Shown piece after piece: positions 34,966 through 47,762 of a stretch of 64,000 nt of DNA. The DNA lies in the NCBI GenBank assembly GCA_024679065.1, contig JAGIQG010000009.1:89962001-90026000 (forward strand), read 5' to 3'. The position numbers were made by a program, and so were the translations under genes. The notes beneath the pieces were generated by a model that saw nothing but the letters and a program-made list of their open reading frames with translations, made no database searches and had not been told where the DNA came from. Every line of letters starts with the position of its first letter. Within the stretch, counting starts at the first letter, position 1. This DNA is from Sphyrna mokarran (taxonomy: Eukaryota).

Positions 34966-36841
34966 GTGTCATGAGTGCTGAGTTTTATAACATTCTCTGT
35001 ATTACTTTGGGTTAAAGGTGCTGAACAAAATGTAACCACTTTTTAATCACCTCAGCTCAGACATGCCATGTCGTATCATTCAGTTACCAAGGAGAACTCA
35101 ATCAAACTCCACTATGATGATACTGTGCCTTTAAGAAATATATTTTAACCATGTTTCTCTGCCGTTATTTTCATGCACAGCTGGCAGCTTTGTTTTAATG
35201 TCATGCTGACTGTACCAGTATCTTTTATTGTTGCAATGGGCCTTTCTAATTTGGCCTAATGCTGTGTCCTGGAGTCAGCTGGTACCTTGGAACAGTTTTT
35301 TCTCCCCCCACAGAACAAATTCAAGGTTTAGTTTCACTTTACATAGAACATAGAACATAGAACATTACAGCACAGAACAGGCCCTTCGGCCTTCGATGTT
35401 GTGCCAACCAAAATAAAAAGCAATGCCCCTCCAAACTAAACCATTCCCTTCTCTTCCATATACTTATCAATTAACCTCTTAAACGCCACAAACTTGGCGC
35501 ATCTACAACAGCTGCAGGCAGGGCATTCCACTCCCTAATCACTCTTTGAGTAAAGAACCTACCTCTGATATCCGTCCTATAACGCATACCCCTTAATTTA
35601 AAGCTGTGTCCCCTCGTGCTAGCTTTCTCCATCCTAGGAAAAAGGCTATCACTGTCCACCCTATCTAAACCTATAATCATCTTATATGTTTCGATTAGGT
35701 CCCCTCTTAGCCGCCTCCTTTCTAACGAAAACAACCTCAAATCCCTCAGCCTCTCTTCATAAGACCTGCCCTCATACCAGGCAACATCCTGGTAAACCTC
35801 CTCTGTACCCTCTCCAATGCCTCCACATCTTTCTTATAAATGTGGGGACCAGAACTGCACACAATACTCCAAGTGCGGCCGCACTAGAGTTTTGTACAGT
35901 TGCAACATGATGCTGCGGCTCCTAAATTCAATCCCCTACCAATAAAAGCTAAGACTCCATATGCCTTCTTAACAACTTTATCCACTTGACTGCCTACTTT
36001 CAGGGATCTATTGACACATACACCCAAGATCCTTCTGTTCCTCAACACTATTAAGAGCCCTACCATTAGCCCTATACTCTACACATTTATTGTTCCTGCC
36101 AAAGTGCATTACCTCACACTTTTCCACATTAAACTCCATTTGCCACCTCTCGGCCCACCTCTGCAACTTGTCCAAGTCACTCTGTAAACTATAACACCCC
36201 TCTTCACTATCTACCACTCCACCGACTTTAGTGTCATCTGCAAATTTACTGATCCATCCCTCAATACCCTCATCCAGATCATTTATAAAAATTACAAACA
36301 GTTTATTAGACTTCAAACTGGAAATGGTATTTTTATCTCTCTCTAGAGTGAAAATTCTGCTGTTGGTGGTTTCGCAGCTGGAAGCTAGAGGTAAGCAGTA
36401 AGCTCTATCTCTACCTTGATGTGTGCTGGGAACCTCCCAAACTGGAAATGTCAAACTTTCAATTCTCCATCCAAAGGACTAAGTCACAGCAGATATTACA
36501 AAACTACAAAATCTACCATCAAGAGAGGATATTTACTTTCTGTGCTAAAGCCTAGAACTTACGTTTGTAGGGATGTTTGATTGGAACAGGATATTTAGCT
36601 GCTAAGATTTATATATCATGGGTTTTTTTTGTTTATAATTGGTAAAAGTTATTACTAGTTGTCTTACATATTAACTGTATTCTTAAATAAACTTTGTTTG
36701 ACAAAAGCTCCCTAGTGGGTCACTTGAGTCATAGATGGAGTAAAGGATCTTGTGCTTATCCTAGCTAAATTCAAAGTACAAAATTTACGGTCTAGGCTGA
36801 CTTCATAACACACCTTGGTGTTTCTAACTTGGATTACAACA
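34966..36841 (+). mobile_element. LTR-like element interrupted by a CR1
   Basis: TG...CA ends; homologous to 29902-32140; no clear TSD. Confidence 0.55.
35342..36301 (-). mobile_element. 5'-truncated CR1 subfamily A
   Basis: Near-identical to 4004-4960. Confidence 0.96.
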
Positions 36842-37061
36842 ATATTGAGATGGTGTTAAACAGTGTCTTATAGGAACAATACCAGCTGTTGTTTGAAATG
36901 CAGAAATAAATAAGTTATTGCTATGAGAGCTGGGGAGATTCTTTTTTATTTTAACAGCCAAGCAGGGTACCTGTGATAGTTCAGTTTAAAAGAGAGAAAA
37001 AAATGATCCATAACAATTTAAGGAACAGAAGTTCAATAAGGAGTGCTTTGCTTGTGCTAAT

Positions 37062-37580
37062 CATAGAACATAGAAAAAAACTACGCACAAACAGGCCCTT
37101 CAGCCTACAAGTTGTGCCAAAACATCTCTGCCAGTAAGTCCTATGTACTCATCCAGAAGTCTCTTAAAAGACCCTATAGAATCCATCTCCACCACCACTA
37201 CCAGCAGCAGATTTCACACACCCACCACTCTCTGAAGAACTTATCCCTGACATCTCCTCTGAACCTACTCTCCAGCACTGTAAGCTTGTGTCCTCTTGTG
37301 GCAGCCATTTCAGCCCTGGGAAAAAGCCTCTAAGAATCCACCCCATCAATATCTCTCAACATCTTATATACCTCTATCAGGTCACCTCTCATCCTTTTTC
37401 TCTACAAGGAGAAATGACTGAGCTCCCTCAACTTATCCTCATAAGGCATGCCACCCAATCTAGGCAACATCCTTGTAAATCTCCTCTGCATCCTTTCAAT
37501 GGCTTCCACATCCTTCCTGTAATGAGGTGACCAGAACTGAGCACAGTACTCCAAATAGGGTCTGACAGCTGCAGCATTGT
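37062..37580 (-). mobile_element. CR1 3' fragment, same subfamily as 458-960
   Basis: Shared tail and gagctc.ctcaac.tatcctcataag.catgc block. Confidence 0.88.
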
Positions 37581-37845
37581 CTTAATCATATCCAGGAAAA
37601 GTGGGCAGAGCAGAGTGATTATCAAAGAACATCAGATGTTTTGCCTTGACGTGAAATGTAGAAGGGAACCTGCTGGTGATCTGGAAGTAATTGTGAAACT
37701 GTATCTGTATTGCTACGTATCAGCTGGAAGCATGACATTGCATGAAAGCATTTTGTAAGACATATTTTGTTGTCTTGGTTAGAGAGCAAAACTTACTTTT
37801 TCCTTTAGTTTGGACAACATTTTAACATGGATAAAATCATAGAAG

Positions 37846-38196
37846 AATCATAGAATCTCTACAGTGCAGAAGAGGCCATTCAGCCCATCAAGTTTAGACT
37901 GACTCTCTGCCAGAGTATGTTATCCAGGCCCTCTCCCCTGCCATATCTCTGTAACCCCACACATTTTCAATGGCTAATCCAGCTAACCTACATACCTTCT
38001 GACATCCAGAGGCAATTTAACTTGGCCAATGCACATACGTTGCACATCTTTGGACTATGGGAGGAAACTGGAGCACCTGGAGGAAATCCATGTAGACATG
38101 GAGAGAATGTGCAAACTCCCAAAGACAGTTATCTGAGCTGGAATTGAACCCAGGTCCCTGGAGCTGTGAGGCAGCAGTGCTAACCATTGTGCCACC
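37846..38196 (-). mobile_element. V-SINE (HE1-like)
   Basis: Head ggtggcacaatggttagcactgctgcc (minus), V domain, tail. Confidence 0.92.
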
Positions 38197-38257
38197 TCAA
38201 AGGAGGTTGGCTGGCTAACGGGAAGCAGGCAGTAGATGTAAAGAAGTCTTTCTCAGG

Positions 38258-39781
38258 TTACCCTAGGATTCTCTGGGAGGCAAGAGAGGTGATTGCAGAG
38301 CCTCTGGCTCTGATCTTCAGGTCGTCGTTGGTTACGGGTATAGTTCCGGAAGACTGGAGAATAGCGAATGTGGTCCCATTGTTCAAGAAGGGGAAGAGAG
38401 ACTTTCCGGGAATTATAGGCCGGTGAGTCTTACTTCTGTTGTGGGAAAAGTATTGGAGAGAATTATTAGGGATAGGATTTATAGTTATTTAGAGAAAAAT
38501 GAATTGATTGGGGATAGTCAGCATGGTTTTGTGAAGGGTAGGTCGTGCCTTACTAACCTTATTGAGTTTTTGAAAAAGTGACCAAAGAGGTGGATGGGGG
38601 TAAGGCGGTTGATGTGGTATATATGGACTTTAGTAAGGCGTTTGATAAGGTGGCCCATGGAAGACTTCTGCAGAAAATGCAGATGTATGGGATAGAGGGT
38701 GATTTAGCTAATTGGGTTAGGAATTGGCTAGCAGATAGAAGACAGAGGGTGGTGGTTGATGGGAGATATTCATCGTGGAGTTCGGTTACAAGTGGTGTAC
38801 CTCAGGGGTCTGTTTTGGGGCCCCTGCTGTTTGTAATTTTTATAAATGATCTGGATGAGGGTATTGAAGGATGGATTAGTAAATTTGCGGATGACACCAA
38901 AGTCGGAGGAGTGGTAGATAGTGAAGAGGGGTGTTATAGTTTGCAGAGAGACTTGGACAAGTTGCAGAGCTGGGCCGAGAGGTGGCAAATGGAGTTTAAT
39001 GTGGAAAAGTGTGAGGTAATGCACTTTGGCAGGAATAATAAATGTGTAGAGTATAGGGCTAATGGTAGGATTCTTAATAGTGTTGATGAACAGAGGGATC
39101 TTGGTGTATTTGTGCATAGATCCCTGAAAGTAGGCAGTCAAGTGGATAAGGTTGTTAAGAAGGCATATGGAGTCTTAGCTTTTATTGGTAGGGGGATTGA
39201 ATTTCGGAGCCGCAACGTCATGTTGCAACTGTACAAAACTCTAGTGCGGCCGCACTTGGAGTATTGTGTGCAGTTCTGGTCCCCGCATTATAAGAAAGAT
39301 GTGGAGGCATTGGAGAGGGTACAGAGGAGGTTTACCAGGATGTTGCCTGGTATGGAGGGCAGGTCTTATGAAGAGAGGCTGAGGGATTTGAGGTTGTTTT
39401 CGTTAGAAAGGAGGCGGCTAAGAGGGGACCTTATTGAAACATATAAGATGATTAGAGGTTTAGATAGGGTGGACAGTGATAGCCTTTTTCCTAGGATGGA
39501 GAAAGCTAGCACGAGGGGACATAGCTTTAAATTAAGGGGTGATAGTTATAGGACGGATATCAGAGGTAGGTTCTTTAGCCAGAGGGTGGTTAGGGAGTGG
39601 AATGCTCTGCCTGCGGCAGTTGTAGATGCGCCAAGTTTGATGGCGTTTAAGAGGTTAGTTGATAAGTGTATGGAAGAGAAGGGAATGGTTTAGTTTGGAG
39701 GGTCATTGCTTTTTTCATAATTGGTCGGCGCAACATCGAAAGCCGAAGGGCCTGTTCTGCGCTGTAATGTTCTATGTTCTA
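38258..39781 (+). mobile_element. 5'-truncated CR1 subfamily A with an open 371-aa RT segment
   Basis: ORF 38578-39693 ([22 protein letters not shown]); ttctatg tail; inserted into an older CR1. Confidence 0.96.
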
Positions 39782-41010
39782 GGTTGGCAGGATGTAACTA
39801 GTGACTAACCACAGGATCAGTGCTGGGACCTTAACTGTATACAATTTATACAATGACTTGGATAAAGGGACTGAAGGCTTGCTAGGCTTGCTTATGTGAT
39901 AAAGATAGTAGTAACTAAGTTGTAAACAGGACCTGAGGAAGCTACAAAAAGACTTAGATAGATTAATTGTGTGGGTAAAGACCACACAAATGAAGTACCA
40001 TGTGGGAAAATGTGGAATTGTCAATTCAGGCAAGAATGAAAAAGCAAACTATTTAAATGATGAAAAATTGCCAAACCCTGAATTGCAGAGGGATATGGGT
40101 GTCCTCATGCATGAATCACAAAAGGTTCATACACAGATACAGCAAGTACAAAGAACAAAGACAGTTAGCAAAGCTAAGATGGAGATCTGCATGAGATAAA
40201 CTTTGTTCATGTTTACTTGTTCAATTTCAAAGGAAGGGTTAAACTGGCAAAGATCAAAATTACAAAAGCAATGTTAAGTTTATTTCAACTGAAATCAGTG
40301 GCTATAAGAAACAAAGAACAAAGAACAAAACAGCACGGGAAACAGGCCCTTCGGCCCAATGAGCCCACACTGCCACCCCGATGTTCCCACGTCTTTGGGA
40401 TGTGGGAGGAAACCGGAGCACCCAGAGAAAACCCACGCAAACACGGGGAGAATGCGCAAACTCCCACAGACACAGGCCCAAATTCATGTATCTGCACAGC
40501 ACAGCGATAGTCACTGAGCTGTCGTGTTGCCCATCAGATGGTCCAGGTCAAGCGTACACTAACGACGTGAATCACTAGGATACCCTCGAAAAAGATCCAA
40601 GAGCAGCCCTCTCACAACCCATCACGTGTATGCCCCTCGTTAGACAACAAGGTGGACCAAAGCACCTGTAGGATAAAAACAAGTACATCAATATCATCAT
40701 CTATTTACACACTTCCCAGGGACTCCCAAGGCTCATGATCCCTATTTTAAATCAGTTTTCTATACCCCTCCATTCCCATTCTGTTCATGTGCCCATCTAA
40801 GTATTTCTTAAATAACTCGAGTGCCTGCCTCCACCACTTTACTTGGCAGCGCATTCCATACCCCCACCACCCTCTCTGTGAAAAAACTCCCTCTAGCATT
40901 CAAATTATACCTTACCAGCTCACCCTAAGCCCATGACCCCTCGTGCTATTAGAGTCCATCCTAGGAAAAAGCTTAACCCTGTTTACTCTATCTATACCCC
41001 TCATAATCTT

Positions 41011-42007
41011 AGAACATAGAACATAGAACAATACAGCACAGAACAGGCCCTTCGGCCTTCGATGTTGTGCCGACCAAAATAAAAAGCAATGCCCCTCCTA
41101 ACTAAACCATTCCCTTCTCTTCAATNNNNNNNNNNNNNNNNNNNNNNNNNNNNNNNNNNNNNNNNNNNNNNNNNNNNNNNNNNNNNNNNNNNNNNNNNNN
41201 NNNNNNNNNNNNNNNNNNNNNNNNNACTTTTAAGTGCCCTACCATTAGCCCTATACTCTACACATTTATTGTTCCTGCCAAAGTGCATTACCTCACACTT
41301 TTCCACATTAAACTCCATTTGCCACCTCTCGGCCCAGCTCTGCAACTTGTCCAAGTCACTCTGGAAACTAAAACACCCCTCTTCACTATCTACCACTCCA
41401 CCAACTTTAGTGTCATCTGCAAATTTACTGATCCATCCCTCAATACCCTCATCCAGATCATTTATAAAAATTAACAAACCAGAAGGGGCCCCCCCCCCAA
41501 ACAGACCCCTGAGGCACCACACACCACTAGTAACCGACACTCCACGATGAATATCTCCAATCAACCACCACACTCTGTCTTCTATCTGCCAGCCAATTCC
41601 TAATCCAATTAGCTAAATCACCTTATATCCACACATCTGCATTTTCTGTAGAAGTCTCAATGGGCCACCTTATCAAACGCCCTTACTAAAGTCCATATAT
41701 ACTACATCAACCGCCTTACCCCCATCCACCTCTCTGGTCACTTTCTCAAAAAACTCAATGAGGTTAGTAAGGCATGACCTACCCTTCACGAAACCATGCT
41801 GACTATCCCCAATCAATTCATTTCTCTCCAAATAACTATAAATCCTATCCCTAATAATTCTCTCCAATACCTTGCCCACAACAGAAGTAAGACTCACTGG
41901 CCTATAATTCCCAGGAAGGTCTCTCTTCCCCTTCTTAAACAATGGGACCACATTCGCCATCCTCCAGTCCCCGGAACCACACCCGTAAACAACGAGGACC
42001 TGAAGAT
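41011..42007 (-). mobile_element. CR1 subfamily A nested in subfamily B; spans the gap
   Basis: Tail at 41011; atctt at both junctions. Confidence 0.9.
41126..41225. other. Assembly gap (100 N)
   Basis: Run of n. Confidence 1.
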
Positions 42008-42836
42008 CTTGTGCACCTCTATTAGATCTCCTCTAAGTCTACGTCTTTCTAAGGAAAACAGTCCCAATTTGCCTAACCTCTCCTCGTAACTCAGACCTTC
42101 CATACCAGGCAGCATCCTGGTAAACCTCCTCTGCACTCTCTCCAGAGTCTCCACGTCCTTCCGGTAGTAAGGTGACCAGAACTGGACGCAGTATTCCAAA
42201 TGAGGTCTAACCAGCGTTTTATACAACTGCAACATTACAGGCCAGCTCTTGTACTCTATACCCCTTCCTATAAAGGCTAACATACTATATGCTTTCTTCA
42301 CAACCTTCTCCACTTGCTCTGCCACCTTCAGAGACTTGTTCACCTGCATCCCCAGATCCCTCTGCGTTTCTATACTCTTAATAGTTCTACCCTTTATCAT
42401 ATACCTCCCCTCTACATTCTTTCTCCCGAAATGCATCACCTCCATTTATCAGGATTAAATTCCATCTGCCATCTGTCTGCCCAAGCTACCAGCCTATGTC
42501 CTGCTGCATCGCCTGATAATGCTCCTCACTATCCACAAGTCCAGCCATCTTTGTATCATCTGCAAACTTGATCATTCCACTTACTCCCTCTTCCAAGTCA
42601 TTTATACATATTACAAATAGAAGAGGTCCCAGTACTGAGCCCTGTAGCACACCACTAGTGACCAGCTAGAAAAACAGCCTTCCACTATTACTCTCTGTCT
42701 CCTGTTACCAAGGACAAAATTTTTTAATTCTGGGAAAGGTAGCTTCTAAAGAAAGTTAAAACAAATGAGTTTAAAGATGTAAGAGAAAAAACATATTGAT
42801 GGAAAGATTGATAACTGTGTTAGGAGGAGAGGCCAT

Positions 42837-42963
42837 GGGTGGAATTTTTCCTATCCTACCCACTACAGGAATTGTAGCGAGTGGAACACAGACCATATAA
42901 AGATCCGTTGACCTTGGGTGATACTTTTTGCCTTGGGGCAAGTGTGGTTAGAAAATCCTGCCC
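42837..42963. mobile_element. 127-bp MITE (Harbinger-like)
   Basis: TIRs gggtggaattttt / gaaaatcctgccc; 3-bp TSD cat. Confidence 0.75.
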
Positions 42964-43657
42964 CATGCAATATTCTGAAGAAGGTGCTATGTCAAGGATA
43001 GACCTGTGAAGGAAACTTCCAGCCACCCGTCAGAGGTGTTTCTTCCAGAAAGAAAGATTGTGTTACAAGCCTTGGATTTCCATTGTTGAGTGACGGAAAG
43101 AGAACCCTGTGAAATACCTTCTACCCTATAGCAATAGTGGGTAGTTTGCTGGAGTTTTTATTGATTAAAGACCCTAATGGACTGTTGCCTGAGAAAGAAT
43201 CTGAGAGTCCAGCTAAGTAAATTTGGCATCTGTGCCAATAATCTCACCAACATTTACAGATACACCACAAAAAACATCCTTCCTAGTTGTATCACAACTT
43301 GATATGGCTCCTACAATGTCCAAGCCTGCAAGAAGCTACAAAGAGTTATGAATGGAACGGTGATGGCAAACTGTCTTCTTGAACTGCCACAATCCAGTGG
43401 TGGAGGGACTGAATGTTTGTGGACAGGGCTATTCTGTCCTGGATGATGTCGAGCTTCTTGAATATTGTTGGAATTGCACTCCCCCAGGCAAGTGGAGAAT
43501 ATCCTATCACATTTCTGACGTTGCCTAGCAGAAGGTGGATGAGATCTGGGGAGTCAGGAGAGTTACTCACCTCAAGATTCCCAGTCAATGACTTGCTGCT
43601 GAAACCACAGTATTTATCGAGCTGGTCCAGTTCAGTTTCTGGTCAATGGCAACCTTC

Positions 43658-45826
43658 ATAGAACATAGAACATTACAGCGCAGTACAAGCCCTTCGGCCC
43701 TCGATGTTGCGCCGGCCAGTGGACCCTCTAACCTAAACTATTCCAATATCATCCATATGCCTATCCACCGAACATTTGAATGCCCCCAAAGTAGGCGAGT
43801 CCACAACTGCTGCAGGCAGGGCATTCCACGCTCTCACCACCCTCTGTGTAAAGAATCTGCCTCTGACATCCGTCCTATAACTACCACCTCTTAATTTAAA
43901 GTTATGTCCCCTCGTGTTGGTCATCACCATCCGAGGAAAAAGGCTCTCACTATCCACCCTATCCAGTCCTTTGATCATCTTATACGCCTCAATTAGGTCA
44001 CCGCGTAACCTTCTTCTCTCTAATGAAAATAACCTCAGGTCCCTCAGCCTTTCCTCATAAGGCCTTCCCACCATACCAGGCAACATCCTGGTAAACCTCC
44101 TCTGCACCCTTTCCAATGCTTCCACATCTTTCTTATAATGCGGCGACCAGAACTGTACGCAATACTCCAAGTGCGGCCGCACCAGAGTTTTGTACAGTTG
44201 TAACATAACCTCACGGCTCCTAAATTCAATCCCTCTACCAATAAAAGCTAACACACCGTACGCCTTCTTAACAACTTTATCAACCTGGGTGCCAACTTTC
44301 AAAGAGCTATGTACTTGTACCCCAAGATCCCTCTGCTCGACAACACTATTAAGGGTCCTTCCATTAGCCCTATATTTCATATGCCTGTTATTCCTACCAA
44401 AGTGAATCACCTCACACTTATCTGTATTGAATTCCATTTGCCACCTGACGGCCCAGCTCTGCAACCTATCTATGTCCCTCTACAAACTGTAACATCCATC
44501 CTCGCTGTCTACAACTCCCCCCACTTTGGTATCGTCAGCAAATTTACTGATCCAACCCTCTACACCCTCATCTAGGTCATTTATAAAACATAGGGGACAA
44601 ACAGCAGTGGCCCCAAAACATTCGTTTTGTACCTTGAGGTACACCGCTTGTAACTGCACTCCAGGTTGAATATTTCCCATCAACCACCACCCTCTGTCTT
44701 CTATCAGCTAGCCAATTCCTAATCCAAACTGCTAAATCACCTTCAATCCCATGCATCTGTACTTTCTGCAGTAGCCTACCATGGGGAACCTTATTAAACG
44801 CTTTGCTAAAATCCACATACACTACATCAACTGCCTTACCCTTATCTACCTCTTTGGTCACCTCCTCAAAAAACTCAATAAGGTTTGTGAGGCACGACCT
44901 ACACTTCACAAAACCGTGCTGACTATCCCTAATCAATTTATTTCTCTCTAGATGCTTATAAATCCTATCCCTTATAATTCTTTCCAAGACTTTGCCCACA
45001 ACAGAAGTCAGGCTCACCGGTCTATAATTTCCAGGATGGTCCCTTCTCCCCTTTCTGAACAAAGGGACAACATTTGCCATTCTCCAGTCTTCCGGCAATA
45101 TACCTGTAGCCAACGATGACATGAAGATCAAAGCCAAAGGCTCTGCAATCTCCTCTCTAGCCTCCCAGAGAATCCTAAGGTAAATCCCATCTGGCCCAGG
45201 GGGCTTATCAATTTTCATACCCTCAAGATTCGCTAACACCTCCTCCTTATGAACCTCAATCCTACCCAGTCTACAACCTGGTATCGCAGTATTCTCCCCG
45301 ACAACACTGTCTTTCTCCTGCGTGAATACTGACAAAAAATACTCATTCAGTGTCTCTCCTATCTCCTCAGGCTCCACGCACAACTTCCCACTGCTATCTC
45401 TGACTGGCCCTAATCTTGCCCTAACCAATCTTTTATTATTTATGTACCTGTAAAAAGCTTTAGGATTCTCCTTAATCCTATCCACCAAACTCTTCTCGTG
45501 TCCTCTTCTAGCTCTTCTCAACTCCCTCTTTAGCTCCTTCCTGGCTAACTTATAGCTCTCCAGTGCCCTAACTGAGCCTTCACGTCTCATCATTATATAA
45601 GCTTCCTTCTTCCTCTTCACCAGAGATTCAACTTCCCTAGTACACCATGGTTCCCTCACTCGACCACTTCCTCCCTGCCTGGCAGGTACATATTTATTAC
45701 GGACATGCAGAAGTTGTTCCTTAAATATGCTCCACATTTCAGATGTCCCCAGCCCCTGCAATATCCTGCTCCACCCTATGCATCCTAAATCTCTCCTAAT
45801 AGCCTCATAATTACCTTTCCCCAGAC
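43658..45826 (-). mobile_element. Young CR1 subfamily C, 5'-truncated
   Basis: ORFs 44577-45761 and 43733-44464; near-identical to 55583-57545. Confidence 0.96.
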
Positions 45827-45995
45827 TGGCTGTCTAGGGGCAGTGATTGGATCCTGTCTCTTGTTGGAGATAGTTATTTCCAGGCATAAATGTTACTTGC
45901 TACTTACCAGCTCAAGCCTTGCTGCATTTGGACATGAATTGCTTCAGTAACTGAGTCATAGCAAATGGTGCTGAACATTGCATAGTGAATATCTC

Positions 45996-46176
45996 TGTTA
46001 TGTTGGTGCATAACTCTTTTAAGGGAATGGTTCACCAGATTAGGGCACGGAGCAAGTTGGTCGCTCAGTCAATGTTTGCAATGTGGAACAAGGGGAATGA
46101 ACAAAGATCTGTATTCCCTGACACCAGGCTGTGGAGTTTTCCTTGAGGAGACACCTCAGCACTAAGAGATTTAACA
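45996..46176. mobile_element. 181-bp solo LTR
   Basis: TGTTA...TAACA termini; 5-bp TSD atctc/atccc. Confidence 0.8.
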
Positions 46177-47762
46177 ATCCCTACTTCTTACCTTATAATG
46201 GAAGGAGGGTCATTGATAAAATAGCTGAAGATTGTTGGGCCTAGGACACTATCCTGAGGGACTCCTGCTGAGGTGATCTATACCTGACCTCCAACCATCT
46301 TCCCATGTTCCAGATATGACTCAAACCAGCAGAGTGTTTCCCTCTGATTTCCACTGCCTCCACTTTTGCAGGGGACCCTTGATTCTACCTCGGTCAAATG
46401 CTGTTAGGAGCAGTTACCTTTACTTCACCGCTGGACAAACCTCATTTGTCCATGTTTGAACCAAGGCTGTAATGAGATTAGGAGCTGAGTGACCTGGCGA
46501 AACCCAAATTGGACATCACCGAGCAGGTTATTGCTGAGCAGGTGCTGTTTGATAGCATTGTTGATGACCCCTTCCATCACTTTACTGATGATTGAGGATA
46601 GACTGGATTGGATTTGGCCTGCTTTTTTTGTACAGGGCATATCTGGGCAATTTTCCACATTTTGGGTAGATGCCAGCGCTTTAACTGTATTGGAAGAGCT
46701 TAGCTAAGGGTGTGGCAAGTTCTGGAGCACAAGTCTTCAATACTATTGCCAGAATGTTATCAGGGCCCATTGCCTTTGAGTATCCAGTGTCTCCAACCAT
46801 TTCTTATTATCATGTGGAGTGAATCAAATTGCTGGAGAATGGATCATCCACTTGTCATTCTGGCTGAAGAGCATTACAATTGTCTCAGACTTATTTTTTG
46901 TCCAGATGTGCTGGGCTCCTCCATCATTCAAGATGGGGATATTTGTGGAGCCTCTTCCTCCAGTGAGTTGTTTAACGTCTACCACCATTCACATGACAGG
47001 ACGGGAGAGCTTGGGTCTGATCCATTGTTTGAAGGATTGCTTAGCTCTGTCTCTTACAGAAATAGACCTGTGTTGTAGTTTCACCAGACTGATACCTCAT
47101 TTTTATGGTGCTGCTCCTGTTATGCCCTCTTGCACTCTCCACTGAACCAGGGTTGATCCCCTCACTTGGTGATAATGGTAGAGGTGAGGATATTCTGGAC
47201 CATGAGGTTTCAGATTGTGGTTGAGTACGATTCTGCTGCTGTTGATGACCCCACAGCACCTCACTAATGCCCAATTTTGAGTTGCTAGATCTGTTCAAAG
47301 TCTATTCTATTCAGCACAGTGACAGTGCCACACAATGTGATAGAGAATACCTTCAATGGAAAGATGGACTCTTGTCCACAAGGACTGTGTGGTGGTCACT
47401 CTTGTTATAAAAAGATGCATCTGTGGCAGGCAGGTTGGTGAGGATGAGGTCAAGTATGTTTTCTCCTCTTGTTGGTTCCTTGAACACCTGTAGGATCCAG
47501 CAGCTCAGTCTGTGGTGGTACTACTGAGCTACTTGGTGATAGATACTGAAGCCCCCATCCAGAGTACAGTTTGTAGCCTTGCTACACTCAGTGCTTCCTC
47601 CGAGTGGTGTTAAACAAGGAGGAACACTCATTCAAAAGCTGGAAGGGGATATTATGTGATAATTAGCAGGAGGTTTCCTTGCCCATGTTTGACCTGATAT
47701 CATGAAATTTCATGGAGTCCAGAGTCAATGTTCAGGATTCCCAGGGCAATTCTCTTCTGACT

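Larger units (their letters stand above)
40306..42712 (-). mobile_element. CR1 subfamily B (40306-41010 + 42008-42712), interrupted by subfamily A
   Basis: Reverse complement of 10800-12307, including the long 3'UTR. Confidence 0.95.

Noticed and set aside
44585-44635. Two short insertions in subfamily C relative to its twin
   Set aside because: Could be repair scars but cannot be separated from consensus error without reads.
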